Part shown: in pieces, positions 44,982 to 57,604 of the stretch
Layout: the number at the start of each line of letters is the position of its first letter
How positions within the stretch are numbered: the first letter of the stretch is position 1
Source of the DNA: Raja brachyura
Taxonomy: Eukaryota
Assembly (NCBI GenBank): GCA_963514005.1
Contig: OY740790.1
Location: 12,276,001-12,340,000, forward strand
DNA: 64,000 nucleotides
Reading direction: 5' to 3'
Notes under the pieces: generated by a model
What the model was told of the DNA's origin: nothing
Database searches by the model: none
Seen by the model: the letters and a program-made list of their open reading frames with translations, nothing else
Program-made: the position numbers and the translations under genes

Positions 44982-47900
44982 GTTTCTCATTTATTTCACA
45001 GCACTAATAATCTGCACTTTCCTCTGATTCGTTTTGTGTTGAATATCAGGCACCAAAGTGTCAATTTTAGTATCTGTTTGTTAAAAGAAATAAAGAGGTG
45101 AACATTTAAAGCGTTCAACTTGTAAGCTTTAAAAAATAATAATAATATTGCCTTTGTGTTGTTTGTAAACTGCAGGATCCGCCTTCAATTTGGAGTTAAA
45201 CCCGTCTGGAAACGTGTGGGCTCGTATCGGGGACTCGCTGGTGTTGAACTGTCTGGCGAAGAGCTGCCCGTCTCCGACCTTCACGTGGAGAATCGGCACC
45301 GATAACCCCCTGGGCGGAACAGTCACAACTCGGGGCTCGGGGCCCACATTCACCATCTCCGCGGCTACCCCGCAGAACGAGCACAAGTACACTTGTTCCG
45401 CAAGATGCGGCGCAGAAGAAAAACGAAAATATGTCAACCTCAATATATTCTGTAAGTATTAACCCATCTCCTGACTGTAAACGTGTTGCAACTTTGTCCG
45501 TCCAGGTAAAAGTTACACAAATACAGGGAACGCTCAACTCATCGTGCAGCCAGGGCCGGCCTTAGGAGGTGCGGGGCCCAATTGGGAAAATTTGGCATAG
45601 AAATATAAATAAAGAATTATAAATGAGTCGCGTGTCGTGAGTAACATGACAATTCGGGGGAGAGTTCCTTTCACAGCGTGTGGGGCGTCTAGCCAGGGGT
45701 AAAGGTGCGAGGAGGGCAGGAGCGTTGAGAAGGAGAGGGTCGGGTTCATGCCAGTAACTCGCTCACTCAGCGCTGCCACGGCGCTCCGGGCGCGGAGCCA
45801 CCGCATTGTGGCCGGGGAGGGAAGCAGCTCTCGTGGCTACGAGCGGCCTCCATCACCGGGCAGCGGAACCGACTGCCACCTCAGCGCCTTCTCCCGGCCA
45901 GCTCACCTCTGGCAGTGGTCTCCGTCTGAACAGTGGGGGGACCAGCTCAAGAGCAAAGATCGTAGAGCGGAGCGGGTCAGCGGGTGATGGATAACATCAC
46001 AGCGGGCGGTGGAGCTTACTCCTGCATCAGCGCGATCAAGGGATCAATTGAGGTTACTCGCCCTGACATATGGAGTAAGCTCCACCGTCCGCTATCCTGT
46101 TATCCATCGTCCGCTGACCCGCTGGATGATCCCCGGTTGAACCCTTCTTCTCAACCCTCCTGCCCTCCCCGCAACTTTACCCCTGGACAGACTCCCCACA
46201 CGCTGTGAAAGGAACTCCCCCCCCCCCCCCCAGCAGCGCGGTCCTTTTACAGCCGCTTCCCACTTTACAGCCGCTTCCCAACAGTTGCTCGCAACGTTCT
46301 TGATGTTGCTGTACTGAGGGATAACAAAGTCTATCTTTTTTGGCTAACAACCTAACCTTCGGCCTCCAAGATGTAGGTACATTTTCTAGCAATGTTACAA
46401 CATTTTGAGATTTAAAAAATCAAGTCTGCAATTTATCCCATCAGATAAAGCATAAAAAGAAGTTTAATTTGACACCTAATTCATATCACATTCATTCAAT
46501 GTGATCATGGCTGATCATCCACAATCAGTACCCCGTTTCTGCCTTCTCCCCATATCCCCTGACTCCACTATTTTTAAGAGCCCTATCTAGCTCTCTCTTG
46601 AAAGCTTCCAGAGAACCCACCTCCACCGCCCTCTGAGGCAGAGAATTCCACAGACTCACCACTCTCTGTGAGAAAAAGTGTTTCCTTGTCTCAGTTCTAA
46701 ATGGCTTACTCCTCATTCTTAAACTGTGGCCCCTGGTTCTGGACTCCCCCAACATTGGGAACATGTTTCCTGCCTCTAGCGTGTCCAAGCCCTTAACAAT
46801 CTTATATGTTTAAATGAGATCCCCTCTCATCCTTCTAAACTCCAGAGTTTACAAGCCCAGCTGCTCCATTCTCTCAGTGTATGACAGTCCCGCCATCCCA
46901 GGAATTAACCTTGTAAACCTTCGCTGCACTCCCTCGATAGCAAGAATGTCCTTCCTCAAATTAGGGGACCAAAACTGCACACAATACTCCAGATGTGGTC
47001 TCACTAGAACTCTGTACAACTGCAGAAGGACCTCTTTGCTCCTATATTCGATTCCTCTTGTTATAAAGGCCGACATGTCATTTCTTAGCGCTAATGGCAG
47101 TTACTTGGGAAACGTGGTCTTCTTCTTCGAGTCCGTTGCAATCTCAGATGTCGTTCTGCCAGTATCTGGCGCAGGTCACAGCTGGTCGGGTCGGTTCAGC
47201 CAGGTCCTGGTGGCTGCACTGGGGGGCATCGTCACACTCCAGTAGGTGGGACATTGTCTGTACTGCTCCACAGCTACATGTGTCTTCTGCCTGGTAGTTC
47301 CATGCTTTCATAAGTGCTTTGCACCTCCCCTGCTCCACTCGTAATCTGTTGAGGGTCTTCCAGGTTGGCCATGGGAGGTCGTGCCCGCTGGCGAGGCATT
47401 CAGTCAAAGTGATTCTTCTCTCCATCCAGTCGTGGGCTCGTGTGTTGAGCTGGTTCCATTCATCTTTCCAGATGTTGGTCCTTGCTGTTTCTTTGGTTGT
47501 CTGGAGAGGTGGGACTGTCTGCAAGAAACTGGCTCTGGATTTCAGTCAGGGTGGAGGTGCTGTGTGTCCGTGCAGGGGTGCCTGGTATCGATCTCCTGTG
47601 CTCTCCGCTCATCTTGGGTGACGATGGATCGTCTGATATGGGGGGGGGGGGCAATACCAGCCAGGGCATAGTGGCACGGGACTGGCGTTGTCTTTATGCA
47701 TCCCGTGATAATGCGGCAGGTGTCGTTGAGGGCTGTGTCAACCAGTTTGGTGTGGTGGGAGCGGCTCCAGCTTGAGCACGCGTGCGTATTCAGCTGTGGA
47801 GAAGCACAGGGCTAGGGCAGTTGCACGGATGGTTGGTGGATCAGCGCCCCACTTTGAGTTTACCAGTTTGCGCAGGATGTTGTTGCGAGTGTTGACCTTG

Positions 47901-50900
47901 GCTTTGGTGTTCTGAAGGTGGGTTTTGAAAGAGAGTGTCCTGTCGAGTGTGACTCCGAGGTACACGGGGTGGGAGTGGTTGGAGAGTTTGTGGCCATCCC
48001 ATGAGACGCTCAGTTGTTTTCCTGCATCTCGATTTTTAAGATGGAAGCTGCGGAGTTGGGTTTTTGATGGGTTGGGTTTCAGGTGGTTGTTATTGGAGTA
48101 GGTTGTCATCTCTTGGAGGGCGCTTTCCAGGACAGACTCGATCTTCTGGAAGTTCTCCTGTTGGGTGGTGATGCAGAGGTCATCAGCATAGATGAAGCGG
48201 TGGCATTGTGAGGGAAGTGGTTGGTCGTTGGTGTAGATGTTGAAGAGGAGGGGGGCCAGTACGCTGCCTTGTGGTAGGCCATTCTTTTGGGCTTTCCATT
48301 TGCTCTTCTTGTCATTTAGTTGAACGAAGAGTGCCTGTTGTTGAGAAGGCTTTTGATGACTTGGCACAGGTCGAGGTCACCAGTCATGTCAAAAAGTTTC
48401 CTGATCATGGTGTGGTGCTGGACAGTGTCGTAGGCAGCGGTGAGGTCATGAAAGCTGCTCCGGTGATGAGTTTGCACTCAAAACCGTCCTCAATGTGTTG
48501 GGTGAGGTTCAGTAGCTGCCCGGCACAGGAGCAGCCAGGGCGGAAGCCAGCTTGATCTTTAGTAAGCTTGGAGTCTATAAGTGGCATAAGGCGTTGGAGT
48601 AGTAGCCTCTCGTAGAGCTTGTAGGTGATGCAGAGGAGGGAACTGGGTCTGTAGCTCTTTGGCGATGATGGGTCCTTTCCAGGTTTGGGAATTGCGACAG
48701 TCTTGGCCTTTCTCCATACAGGTGGGGTTGTTTTCTGTGCCATGCAGGAGTTCAGCATTGCTAGGAGCCAGGTCTTTGCTTTAGGTCCCAGGTGCTGGAT
48801 CATTTCCGTCAGTACATCACCGATTCCTGCAGCTTTCCAGGTTTCAGCATGCTCATTGCAGCTTCGAGTTTTTTTTAAAAAATTATATATTTTTATTAGC
48901 CATACATATTACAAATAATATAACAATTTTTTCAGATATAATTAATGCATCTTTCCAAAATTATATAAACATTACCAAACCATGTATATAGGCCTCCATT
49001 TTTTTATTATAATATATAGAGACAAGTATATAAATCTGAAATTAAACATTTTTGTTTGATCTTCCCACTGGGTACTTATTGAGTTTCAATGCCGAGCCCA
49101 GCTACCCCTTCATATAATCAGTGAATGGAGACCATATTTGTTCAAAAAGTTCAAGTTTATCCATTAGGATAAACCTAATTCTCTCCAGTTGTAATGTCTC
49201 CAACATTTCCACTGTCCACATTTCAATTGTAGGGGTAGCTTCGAGTTCTTCTAGGTCGAAAGGCTTGGTGAGAGTGCTGGCTGGTTGTAGGCGGTCTGTT
49301 ACCGCTGTCTGGCGGTATTCTCCTGTGGGTCTGCGCCGGTTTTGGCTACGACCGTTTGCCACCAGCTGTGCTGCAACTGAGTTTGCTGTGACTGTTGTGA
49401 GCGTGGGCGGTGTGGTATGGTCTTCACCGAGGCAGCGGATTGTGGCCCATGCCTTCCTGCTGTTATTGGTCATGTTGGTGTTTTCTATCAACTCCTTCCA
49501 GACTTGCCTTCGCTCCTCCCCGCCTGTGTTCTTCAGGATCTCTCCGAGTTCCATGGTGGTGGAGGAGAAAGGGTCCTCGTGGTTTGCCCTGTGCTAGGCT
49601 TTCAGTAGATCGCTGGATGTTTCCGACAGCCCGGGGATGTACTCGGTCTGGCATCCTCTTGGTCTATGTTGCCTGGCTGACCTTTTCAGCAGTTCTGTGA
49701 ACATGGTATAGTTGTTGGGGTGTGATGGAATGCTGGGGATGGAGTCTTCGATCTCCTGTTGGAATGACAGCCAGTCGGCGTCACGCAGATTGAACCTTCT
49801 GCGGAAGGGGACGGTTGTTGCTTGGAGAGCGGATGGGATGGTTATGGTGATTGGCCGGTGTTGCGTATGGGGGATAGGGTCCAGGACCTCTTTCACAGCT
49901 CTGGATGATAGTTCGCTGCTCACACAAACAAGGTCTGGGTTATATCCTTGTTTCCATCTGGCACTGTGGAAAGATTTTGCCAGTTTGGCGTCACGGATCA
50001 GGGTCAGGTGTTTCGACTGGAGCCAGCTTTCGACTTCATCTCCATCTTGATTGTTCACTTCATAGCCCCACAATGAGCTATGGGCATTGAAGTCCCCAAT
50101 GCTAATGTGGTATTTCCACTTGCATCTGTCTGGCAGTTCAGAGTGGAGGAACGGACTTTTGGGGGGTTTATACACTGATGTGACAGAGATGTTTGGGAGG
50201 GCAACTGTGATGGTTTCCATTTGCCCTTTGGTGGTGTGGGTGCAGACCTCTTCCATCGCGAGGTTTGGTCTGCTGAATACAGCTGACCCATACTGCCTGT
50301 CTCGGATCTCGGCCACCAGCTTCATTCCAGGGATGGCTGGTCGGTGTTGTGTAGGGCCGGTGTGGGTTTCCTGCATGCACACTATGTTGAAGTGTTTGGC
50401 CGCTGTCGCTAGTATGTCTGCCTTGCATCTGGAGAAGCCTTCAATATTGATTGACAGTGCAGGCCCCGAGGAGGGCGAGTGTCTGCGGTGCTTCACCATC
50501 GTCATCTAGTAGATTACTTGGGTAAGTATACAGATATTGGCCTACTGGTCTGCAACTAGACTGCAACAACCCGGTCTAGGAATAGCTACTTCCCCACAGC
50601 CATCAGGCTATTAAACTTGGCTCGGACAAAACTCTGAACATTAATATCCCTCCATCTGTTATTTGCACTTTATTAATTTATTAATTCATGTGTGTGTTTA
50701 CTTATATAATTGTAGTCAATGCCTACTATGTTCTGTTGTGCTATACAAAGAAAGAATTTCATTGTCCTGTCAGGGACACATGACAATAAACTCTTTTGAC
50801 TTTTGACTTTGACTTTGGTGGTAATAATATGAGATTATACCATTCAGTGTTTCCCAGGCTGCACCACGGGGAGGTTTCTGTATTAGCAGCCCGGGAAACG

Positions 50901-53890
50901 TGGTAACTCGTGAAGATTTTTCAACATATACTCGGGATGTAAAATTATGATACTTTTTAACACGTAGTCATACCATAGTAGCTCGTGAGTTTACCGTAGT
51001 AGGACCTGGTGTCCTATTGTATGTTCATGATGGAAATAAGAATACTCTGTATATTCATTACCTTTGAATTGTAGTGTTATGTAATCCTCCCATAATTTCT
51101 GAGTTCCATTTCACAATATCTATCAGACATAGAGAATGTTGCAAGGTAATATCTTGCCCAAACTCAGTTGTATCTTTCTATCTCAATAAATATCACAGAA
51201 TATGCCATTGTTTCAGCCAGATTATGACAAAATATAGAATGTAGATTATTTGTTATCAGTCACCCCATCCCAGTAACAACAGTACTCAAAGAAGAACATT
51301 TGGTTTACTAATTTACGAGCATGTACCAAACAGAGTCCGTTGATCCATATCCAACAAACTATTGTGATAATTGCATAAAGGGTATTATTGTCTAAGAAAT
51401 TTGGTGTGGAATGATAATCCATCTCAGTATTCATTTAGGCAAGTCCCAAGCCATAGATACTTTGCCACTATTTGGTTACAGGCAGTCGAGGGCAGCCATA
51501 GGGAATCAGATTCGCTGACTAGTCGTTTTAATTGGCTCATTGGAGTTTTCAGGACCAAGTAAAAGCGACCGATAATGTAAAATGCCTGCTAAACATTATT
51601 ATCGGTTGTCTGGCTTCTTAAAAGTGTCTCCACTCCTTCCTCCCCCTCCCCCTCCCCCTCCTCCTCCACTGATCCATCTCTCCCTCCTAACCCCATTCTC
51701 CTGCCTTCTCCCCATAACCTCTGACACCCGTACTGATCAAGAATCTGCCTTAAATATATCCATTGCCTTGGCCTCCACAGCCGTCTATGGCAATGAATTC
51801 CGCAGATTCACCATCCTCTGACTAAATCGATGAGCACCTTGGGCGCTGTACATTCCACCGTGAATCCCCGTTTGATTCCTGAATCCATGTGTCGTTGCAG
51901 CTCTGTCCGACACACTCATCGTGGAGACAGTGGGCAGTCTGGAAGTTGGCCAGAGAGGCTCTGTGAGATGTATGGTCCCCAAAGTCTACCCCGCTCATGT
52001 GAAGGTGGAGTGGCTGAAAGGGACAACGGTGCTGAAGACCGACAGCTTCCACAACTACACAGAGGAAGAAACGGCGATGAACTTCACCTACGAACTGACG
52101 CCCGAATTGCGAGACTCGGGACAAGAGCTGACATGCCGAGTGCAATTACTCACGGAGAACCAACCACGCAAGGCCGAGGGGACTCTAACGTTACAGGTTC
52201 ACTGTAAGTATGGATACAGTGATATAACATTGAGAAAGGAGTCGCAGTTATAGACGTTGTCTGGACAATGGTTTAATTCGCCCGCCTTTAATGTACTGAA
52301 TGATCCCATCTCCTTCCACAGATGCTCCCACAGGGATTGACATTACTGCGGAGCCCTCTGCCACAGTGAGAGAGGGTCAGGGGACAATCACCAAGGAGGT
52401 GGAAATCCATGTTCAAGGTGCGTGGGTTTCACGATTGTAATTTTACTATCACTGTTATAGGAAAGACGTGGTCCAGCTGGAAAGGGTTGAGAGAAGATTT
52501 GGAACTGGAACTCTTCTTCATGCTCGAGGGAAGTTCCCGCATACTCGCGCCTCAAGGGCCTGTCCCACTTGCATGTGATTGCGTGCGTTTGGCGCGACCA
52601 AATGGAAGCGGAGTTCACGCGAAGTTCGCGCCAAGTATGCGCTAAGTTCGCGCGTGACGTCATTTGCGTCATGCTTACCAATCAGCTGGGCAGGAGGCGG
52701 GCCAACTGGATTTGGGCGTCGCACGGCGTCGGGCAGTGACGTCGTCACGCAATGCCACGCCGGGTGGTGACGTCATCGCGCAACGCCACGCGCTAGGCGT
52801 ACGCCATCAAGACTCTGCGTATGACCACAATTCGCCTGCGTACCACTGCCAGAATGTCTGAGCCGCGCGCAATGTCGGGACCAGCCCCGCACAACTCCGC
52901 GCTTCTACGTAGTACCAGCCCCCCGCGGCTATACGGTGCCCGTACGCCTCAAGCGACCACGAGGTCGCGTAATGTTCCGCGTGTTGAAAAATGTTCCGCG
53001 TGTAAAAATTGGTCGGCATGGTTCTTTTGAACTCTTAGTGCTGTAGAGTGGGGTCGCTATGTAGTAACAGGCAGTCGAGGGCAGCCGTAGGCAATCTCCT
53101 TCGCTGACCGGGCATTTTAATTGGCTCATTGGAGTTTTCAGGACCAAGGAAAACGGACCAGTAATGTTAAATGCTCGCTAAACTTTATTATAAGTTGTCT
53201 AGCTTCTTAAAAGTGTCTCCATTCCTTCCCCCCCCCCCACCACTTTTCTTCCCTTCTCTCTTCTCCCCCCCCCACCCCCCCGCACTCTTTAAAGGACTTA
53301 CCGTACACTGTGCAGCCGTCTTTTACCTTCTTGTTCATCACGGGTGTGCATTTCAGACAGCGCTCCCCCGCTTTCCATGCCCCCGCCTTTGCGATATGTG
53401 TGCGCGGTCGGTTGATGCAGCTCTTGGTTTTATCGTTGACGGTAGTTCCAGCTTGAGGTTTTTCAGGCGAGTGCCCTCGATCTTGAAGGTCGAAGACAGT
53501 CGCTGAAAGGTCGCGTCAGTGGGACAGGCCCTTTATTAGACAGGTACATGGATAGGACAGATTTGGAGGGACATGTACTAGTGTAGCTGGGACATGATGG
53601 CTGATGTGGGCCAGTTGGGCTGAAGGGCCTGTTTCCACAATGTATCACTTTATGACTATGACTCTATGTTTCTTTGCACTGTTTTGGCTGAACATTTAGC
53701 AATTCATTAATTTCTCATGCCTCTGTTCTCAGGTATCCCCAGGGACACCACTCTCTCCATCAGTTTCAGCAACACAACCCAGCAGATGAACAGCACCAAA
53801 CTCCGGGTTAAATCGGGTGGTGCCACGATGACAGCTTCGCCAACAGTCTGTCCCTTCATCTTTTTTTTTGTTATTTCTAGTGTGATTTAA
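44921..53890 (+). CDS. Gene B: truncated VCAM1-like paralog, predicted 297 aa (SP-D1-D2-stalk-hydrophobic C-terminus); could alternatively be a pseudogene
   Basis: Exons 44921-44981, 45176-45451, 51901-52203, 52322-52417 and 53733-53890 total 894 nt in one open frame with canonical splice sites. Confidence 0.55.
45176..45451 (+). CDS. Gene B exon 2, Ig D1
   Basis: Differs from gene A by two S>P changes. Confidence 0.82.
45551..46490. mobile_element. hAT-like non-autonomous element remnant
   Basis: Starts CAGGGCCGGC; interior shares GC-rich inverted segments with 32735-34041; end approximate. Confidence 0.5.
46492..47085 (-). mobile_element. CR1 3' fragment
   Basis: RPHLEYCVQFWSP and FFSQRVVSLWNSLP motifs. 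Confidence 0.88.
47118..50510 (-). mobile_element. Single-ORF non-LTR retrotransposon (Vingi/Ingi-like; clade tentative), frameshifted
   Basis: APE (MQETH, GDFN, PDL), RT (QAGFR, GLPQGSVLAP, YADD), WGAD...ALALCFSTAEY, C-terminal CSCG..QT..H..C and (AAG)n tail. Confidence 0.8.
48871..49236 (-). mobile_element. L1/Tx1-type 3' fragment nested in the LINE
   Basis: TSD agcttcgagtt at 48860 and 49237; A-rich tail with AATAAA; W..EM..LERIRF...IWSPF C-terminus. Confidence 0.7.
51901..52203 (+). CDS. Gene B exon 3, Ig D2
   Basis: Intact; E>K and L>F relative to gene A. Confidence 0.82.
52322..52417 (+). CDS. Gene B exon 4, D3 with in-frame 171-nt deletion
   Basis: YAPTGIDITAEPSATVREGQ-GTITKEVEIHVQ; both Cys lost, both splice sites kept. 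Confidence 0.65.
52554..53533. mobile_element. MITE-like DNA element (possibly PIF/Harbinger-type)
   Basis: TIR AAGGGCCTGTCCCACT at both ends; partial related copy near 51470-51660. Confidence 0.65.
53733..53890 (+). CDS. Gene B putative last exon: collapsed D7 plus repeat-derived hydrophobic tail
   Basis: GIPRDTTLSISFSNTTQQMNSTKLRVKSGGATMTASPTVCPFIFFFVISSVI*; acceptor ttctcag intact, original donor displaced by an insertion. Confidence 0.5.
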
Positions 53891-53951
53891 AAGTTTGTGT
53901 TAATGTTCTCTGTTTTGTTTTATTTGGGGGGTAGGGTCGGGGGAAACATTT

Positions 53952-54410
53952 TAGACAATAGGTGCAGGAGTTGGCCATTCGAGCCAGCACCGCCATTCAA
54001 TGTGATCATGGCTGATCATCCCCAATCAGTGCCCCGTTCCTACCTTCTCCCCATATCCCCTGACTCCGCTATTTTTAAGAGCCCTATCTAGCTCTCTCTT
54101 GAAAGCATCCAGAGAACCTGCCTCCATCGCCCTCTGAGGCAGATAATTCCACACACTCACCACTTGTTGTGAGAAAAAGTGTGTCCTTGTCTCCGTTCTA
54201 AATGGCTTGCTCTTTATTCTTAAATTGTGACCTCTGGACTCCCCCAACATCGGGAACATGTTTCCTACCTCCAGCGTGTCCAAATCCTTAACAATCTTAT
54301 ATGTTTCAATGAGATCCCCTCTCATCCTTCTAAACTCCAGAGTGTACAAGCCCAGCTGCTCCATTCGCTCAACATATGACAGTCCCGCCATCCAGGTAAT
54401 TAACCTTCAA
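53952..54410 (-). mobile_element. CR1 3' fragment nested in an unclassified repeat (53811-54969)
   Basis: GLSYVERMEQLGLYTLEFRRMRGDLIE motif. Confidence 0.85.
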
Positions 54411-55268
54411 TCACTTACCTTGCCGGATATGCAATTGTTTTCCGGGTCATCTCTGGTCGCACTGCAGCCTGACATAATTGAGCTGGAGGCATGGACTTAC
54501 CATCAGAGCTGATTCCTTGCCTGGGATTGACGCTCCAATCCACAGCCTGTGGACTTTAACATCAGGGGCTTGTAGCCTCGGGAGAGACCGAGTCGGGAAG
54601 CTCCAAAACCGCACGGCGTTGGACTAGCCCCGGCCCGGGGTCCGATCGCCCGTCGCGGGGAACTGACATCTCCCGACGAAGGAGCTTGATCGCCCCGACA
54701 CGGAGGTCCCACTGCCGGCTACGGGAGTCAAGATCGTCCCATAAACCGAAGGCTAAAGGCCCCCGACTGCCGGAGATCAAAGAAGCGAAGTGATTGAACT
54801 TTTTGTTGCTTTCCATCACAGTGCAGAATGTGGAAGAGTCACTGTGGTGGATGTTTATGTTAAAATGTTATTTTGTGCGTTTTGTTGCTTTTTATTAGTA
54901 TGACTTTACGGCAAATCAAAATTCCTCGTATGTTACAATATATACTTCATAAAGTAAGTGAATATGAGTATGTATGGAAATTAATGGGAAATATACAGGA
55001 ACTGAATCATTATAAATTGCAATAATCTATGATTGTAACAATCATTAATAAACATCATGGGATGCATGGATCGGGTATATGCACAGAGTCTCTTGCCCAG
55101 AGTTGGTGAATCGAGGACCAGAGGACAAAGGGTGAAGGTGAAAGTGAAGGGAAAAAGATTTAAGAGTAATCTGAGGGGTAACTTTTTCACACCAAGGGTG
55201 GTGGGTGTATGGACCAAGCTGCGAGAGGAGATAGTTGAGGCAGGGACTATCCCAACATTTAAGAAACA

Positions 55269-57092
55269 CTAGACTAAGTGGGCTGGTACCCCAGTGGGGG
55301 AGGTGGCTTTCAGTTGCGCTAGTATGGGTGTTGTGGGCCGAAGGGACTGGTTTCCAGAGGGCTAGTATGGACATTGTGGACCGAATAGATTCTTGGGCTG
55401 GCAGCTCAGTCACTCAGGCCTGGTGGGCTGGCAGCTCAGAAATGGCCAGAAATTCTGCACAAAACAGGTGAGAGACTCGGTGAGAGAGAAGGGGGAGAGG
55501 GTGGAGATTCAATATTAGATATTTTTCTGCATATCACAGGAATGAAGGAGGAAAGTCTATCCTGGCCTGGATCTCACAGGGAGCCAGTGAACGGAGGGAG
55601 AAAAATACTGGGTTGAGGTTTAATACTTGCAGGGGGAATACTTACTGATGGGCTGAAAGGACTCCTAGTCTAGTACAGGCCTGATGGGCCGAAGGGTCTC
55701 TTAAAAAATAACTTGAGTGAAATCTCAGTGAAAGGCACTTTTTCTGGACTTTCCTTGGCCTGGCACAGGCCCTTTGGGCCAAAATGCTCCTCCTGGGCTA
55801 CTACGGGCATTTGGGGCAAAAGGGGCTGGTTTCTCAGCTAATAGATGCACTGTGGGTTGAAATTAGTGGTTTCGGGCAGGCCAAACAGCACATTTCATTT
55901 CCATTTCAATTTCCAGTACAGGGCAGGCCAAACTACTCATTTCATTTCATTTCCATTTCCATTTCAAGCACACGGCAGGCCAAACAACTAATTTCATTTC
56001 CATTTCCATTTCCATTTCCATTGCCGTAGCAAGCATAGGGCAGGCCATATAACTAAATTCATTTTCATTTAATTTCATTTCCATTTCCATTGCAGTTTCA
56101 AGCACAGGCCAGGCCAACAACTTCTTTCATTTTAAATTAATTTCCATTTCCGTTTCAAGCACAGGGCAGGCCAAACAGCTCATTGCATTTTCATTTCCAT
56201 TTCCATTTCCGTTTCAAGCACAGGGCAGGCCAAACAGATCATTGCATTTTCATTTCCATTTCCATAGCAGTTTCAAGCACAGGACAGGCCAAACAGCTCA
56301 TTGCATTTTCATTTCCATTTCCATTGCAGTTTCAAGCACTGGGCAGGCCAAACAGCTCATTGCATTTTCATTTAATTTCCATTTCAATTGCAGTTTCGAG
56401 CACTGGGCAGGCCAAACAGTTAATTGCATTTTCATTTAATTTCCATTTCCATTGCAATTTCGAGCACTGGGCAGGCCAAACAGCTTTTTGCATTTTCATT
56501 TCCATTTCCATTGCCGTTTCGAGCACTGGGCAGGCCAAACAGCTCTTTGCATTTTCATTTCCATTTCCATTGCCGTTTCGAGCACTGGGCAGGCCAAACA
56601 GCTCATTGCATTTTCATTTAATTTCCATTTCAATTGCTGTTTCGAGCACTGGGCAGGCCAAACAGCTAATTGCATTTTCATTGAGGGCTAACAAATCATT
56701 TATTGCAAGTACATTGCAGACTCAGACCAGTTGATTCACAGCTTAAAATTGTGAATTCACTTAAAATTCACAGTTGTATCCTCTCCCTCGCGATCATCCA
56801 AAGTGACTGTCTCACGTCCAGGCATCTGGGGTTTTATATTCCTTCCCCCCCCCCCCCCCCCCATAGTTACCTTCATCATGGTGATTAGCAGGCGAGAGGA
56901 CCAATCAGCTGATCTCAAGATTTTTTAAACACTCATAACTTTTTTATTTTTGATCAATTGGAAAAATCCTCGGAGGAGGAGGACTGAGTAAGATGGCCAA
57001 AAATCATAGCGATATATAGGGTAAGGTTTTTTCTAAAATCAATATACAGCGCAGACAGGAAGTGGTCAAGATGAGACTTTTAGTTATATAGA
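55269..57092 (-). mobile_element. Non-autonomous Helitron, second subfamily with a ~60-bp minisatellite (55870-56680)
   Basis: Minus strand TCTATATAACTAAAAGTC...CTTAGTCTAG; splits a CR1 at aagaaaca^tttagacagg (A^T, no TSD). Confidence 0.8.
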
Positions 57093-57309
57093 TTTAGACA
57101 GGTACATGGCTAGGACAGGTTTGGAGGGAATTGGACCAAACGGGGGCAGGCGGGACTAGTGTAGTTGGGACATGATGGCTGGTGTTGGCAAGTTGGGCCG
57201 AATGATCTGTTTCCACATTGTATCACTTTATGACTCTATGACTCTGTTTCTTCGCACGGATTTGGCTAAAACTTTAGCAAATGATTCATTTCTCAGCCTC
57301 TGGTCTCAG

Positions 57310-57604
57310 GTAGCCCCAGGGACACCACTCTCTCCAACACCCCTGCTGCTGTGAAGGAAGGAGACAGGGTCACGTTCAGCTGCTCAACCCAGTCCAACCC
57401 CCCTGCCCAGCTTGTACTGAGGAGGCAGTCATCGAGCGGATGGAGCGAGCTGGACTCAGAGAATGGGACATTGACAATCTGTAATTGTCATTAATATTGA
57501 CACAGCCCAGCTGATGCAGGGTCTGTATCAACGTGAGGCCACTAATGCCCTGGGGGGGGGGGGGGGGGGGGGGCAGACCAGTAGCAACAAACTCCAGGTT
57601 CAAG
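57310..57604 (+). pseudogene. Gene B dead D7-like exon
   Basis: In-frame TAA at 57492, small insertions, poly-G run. Confidence 0.85.

Noticed and set aside
56183-56734. His/Phe-rich repeat protein
   Set aside because: Translation of the (catttc)n-rich satellite inside a Helitron
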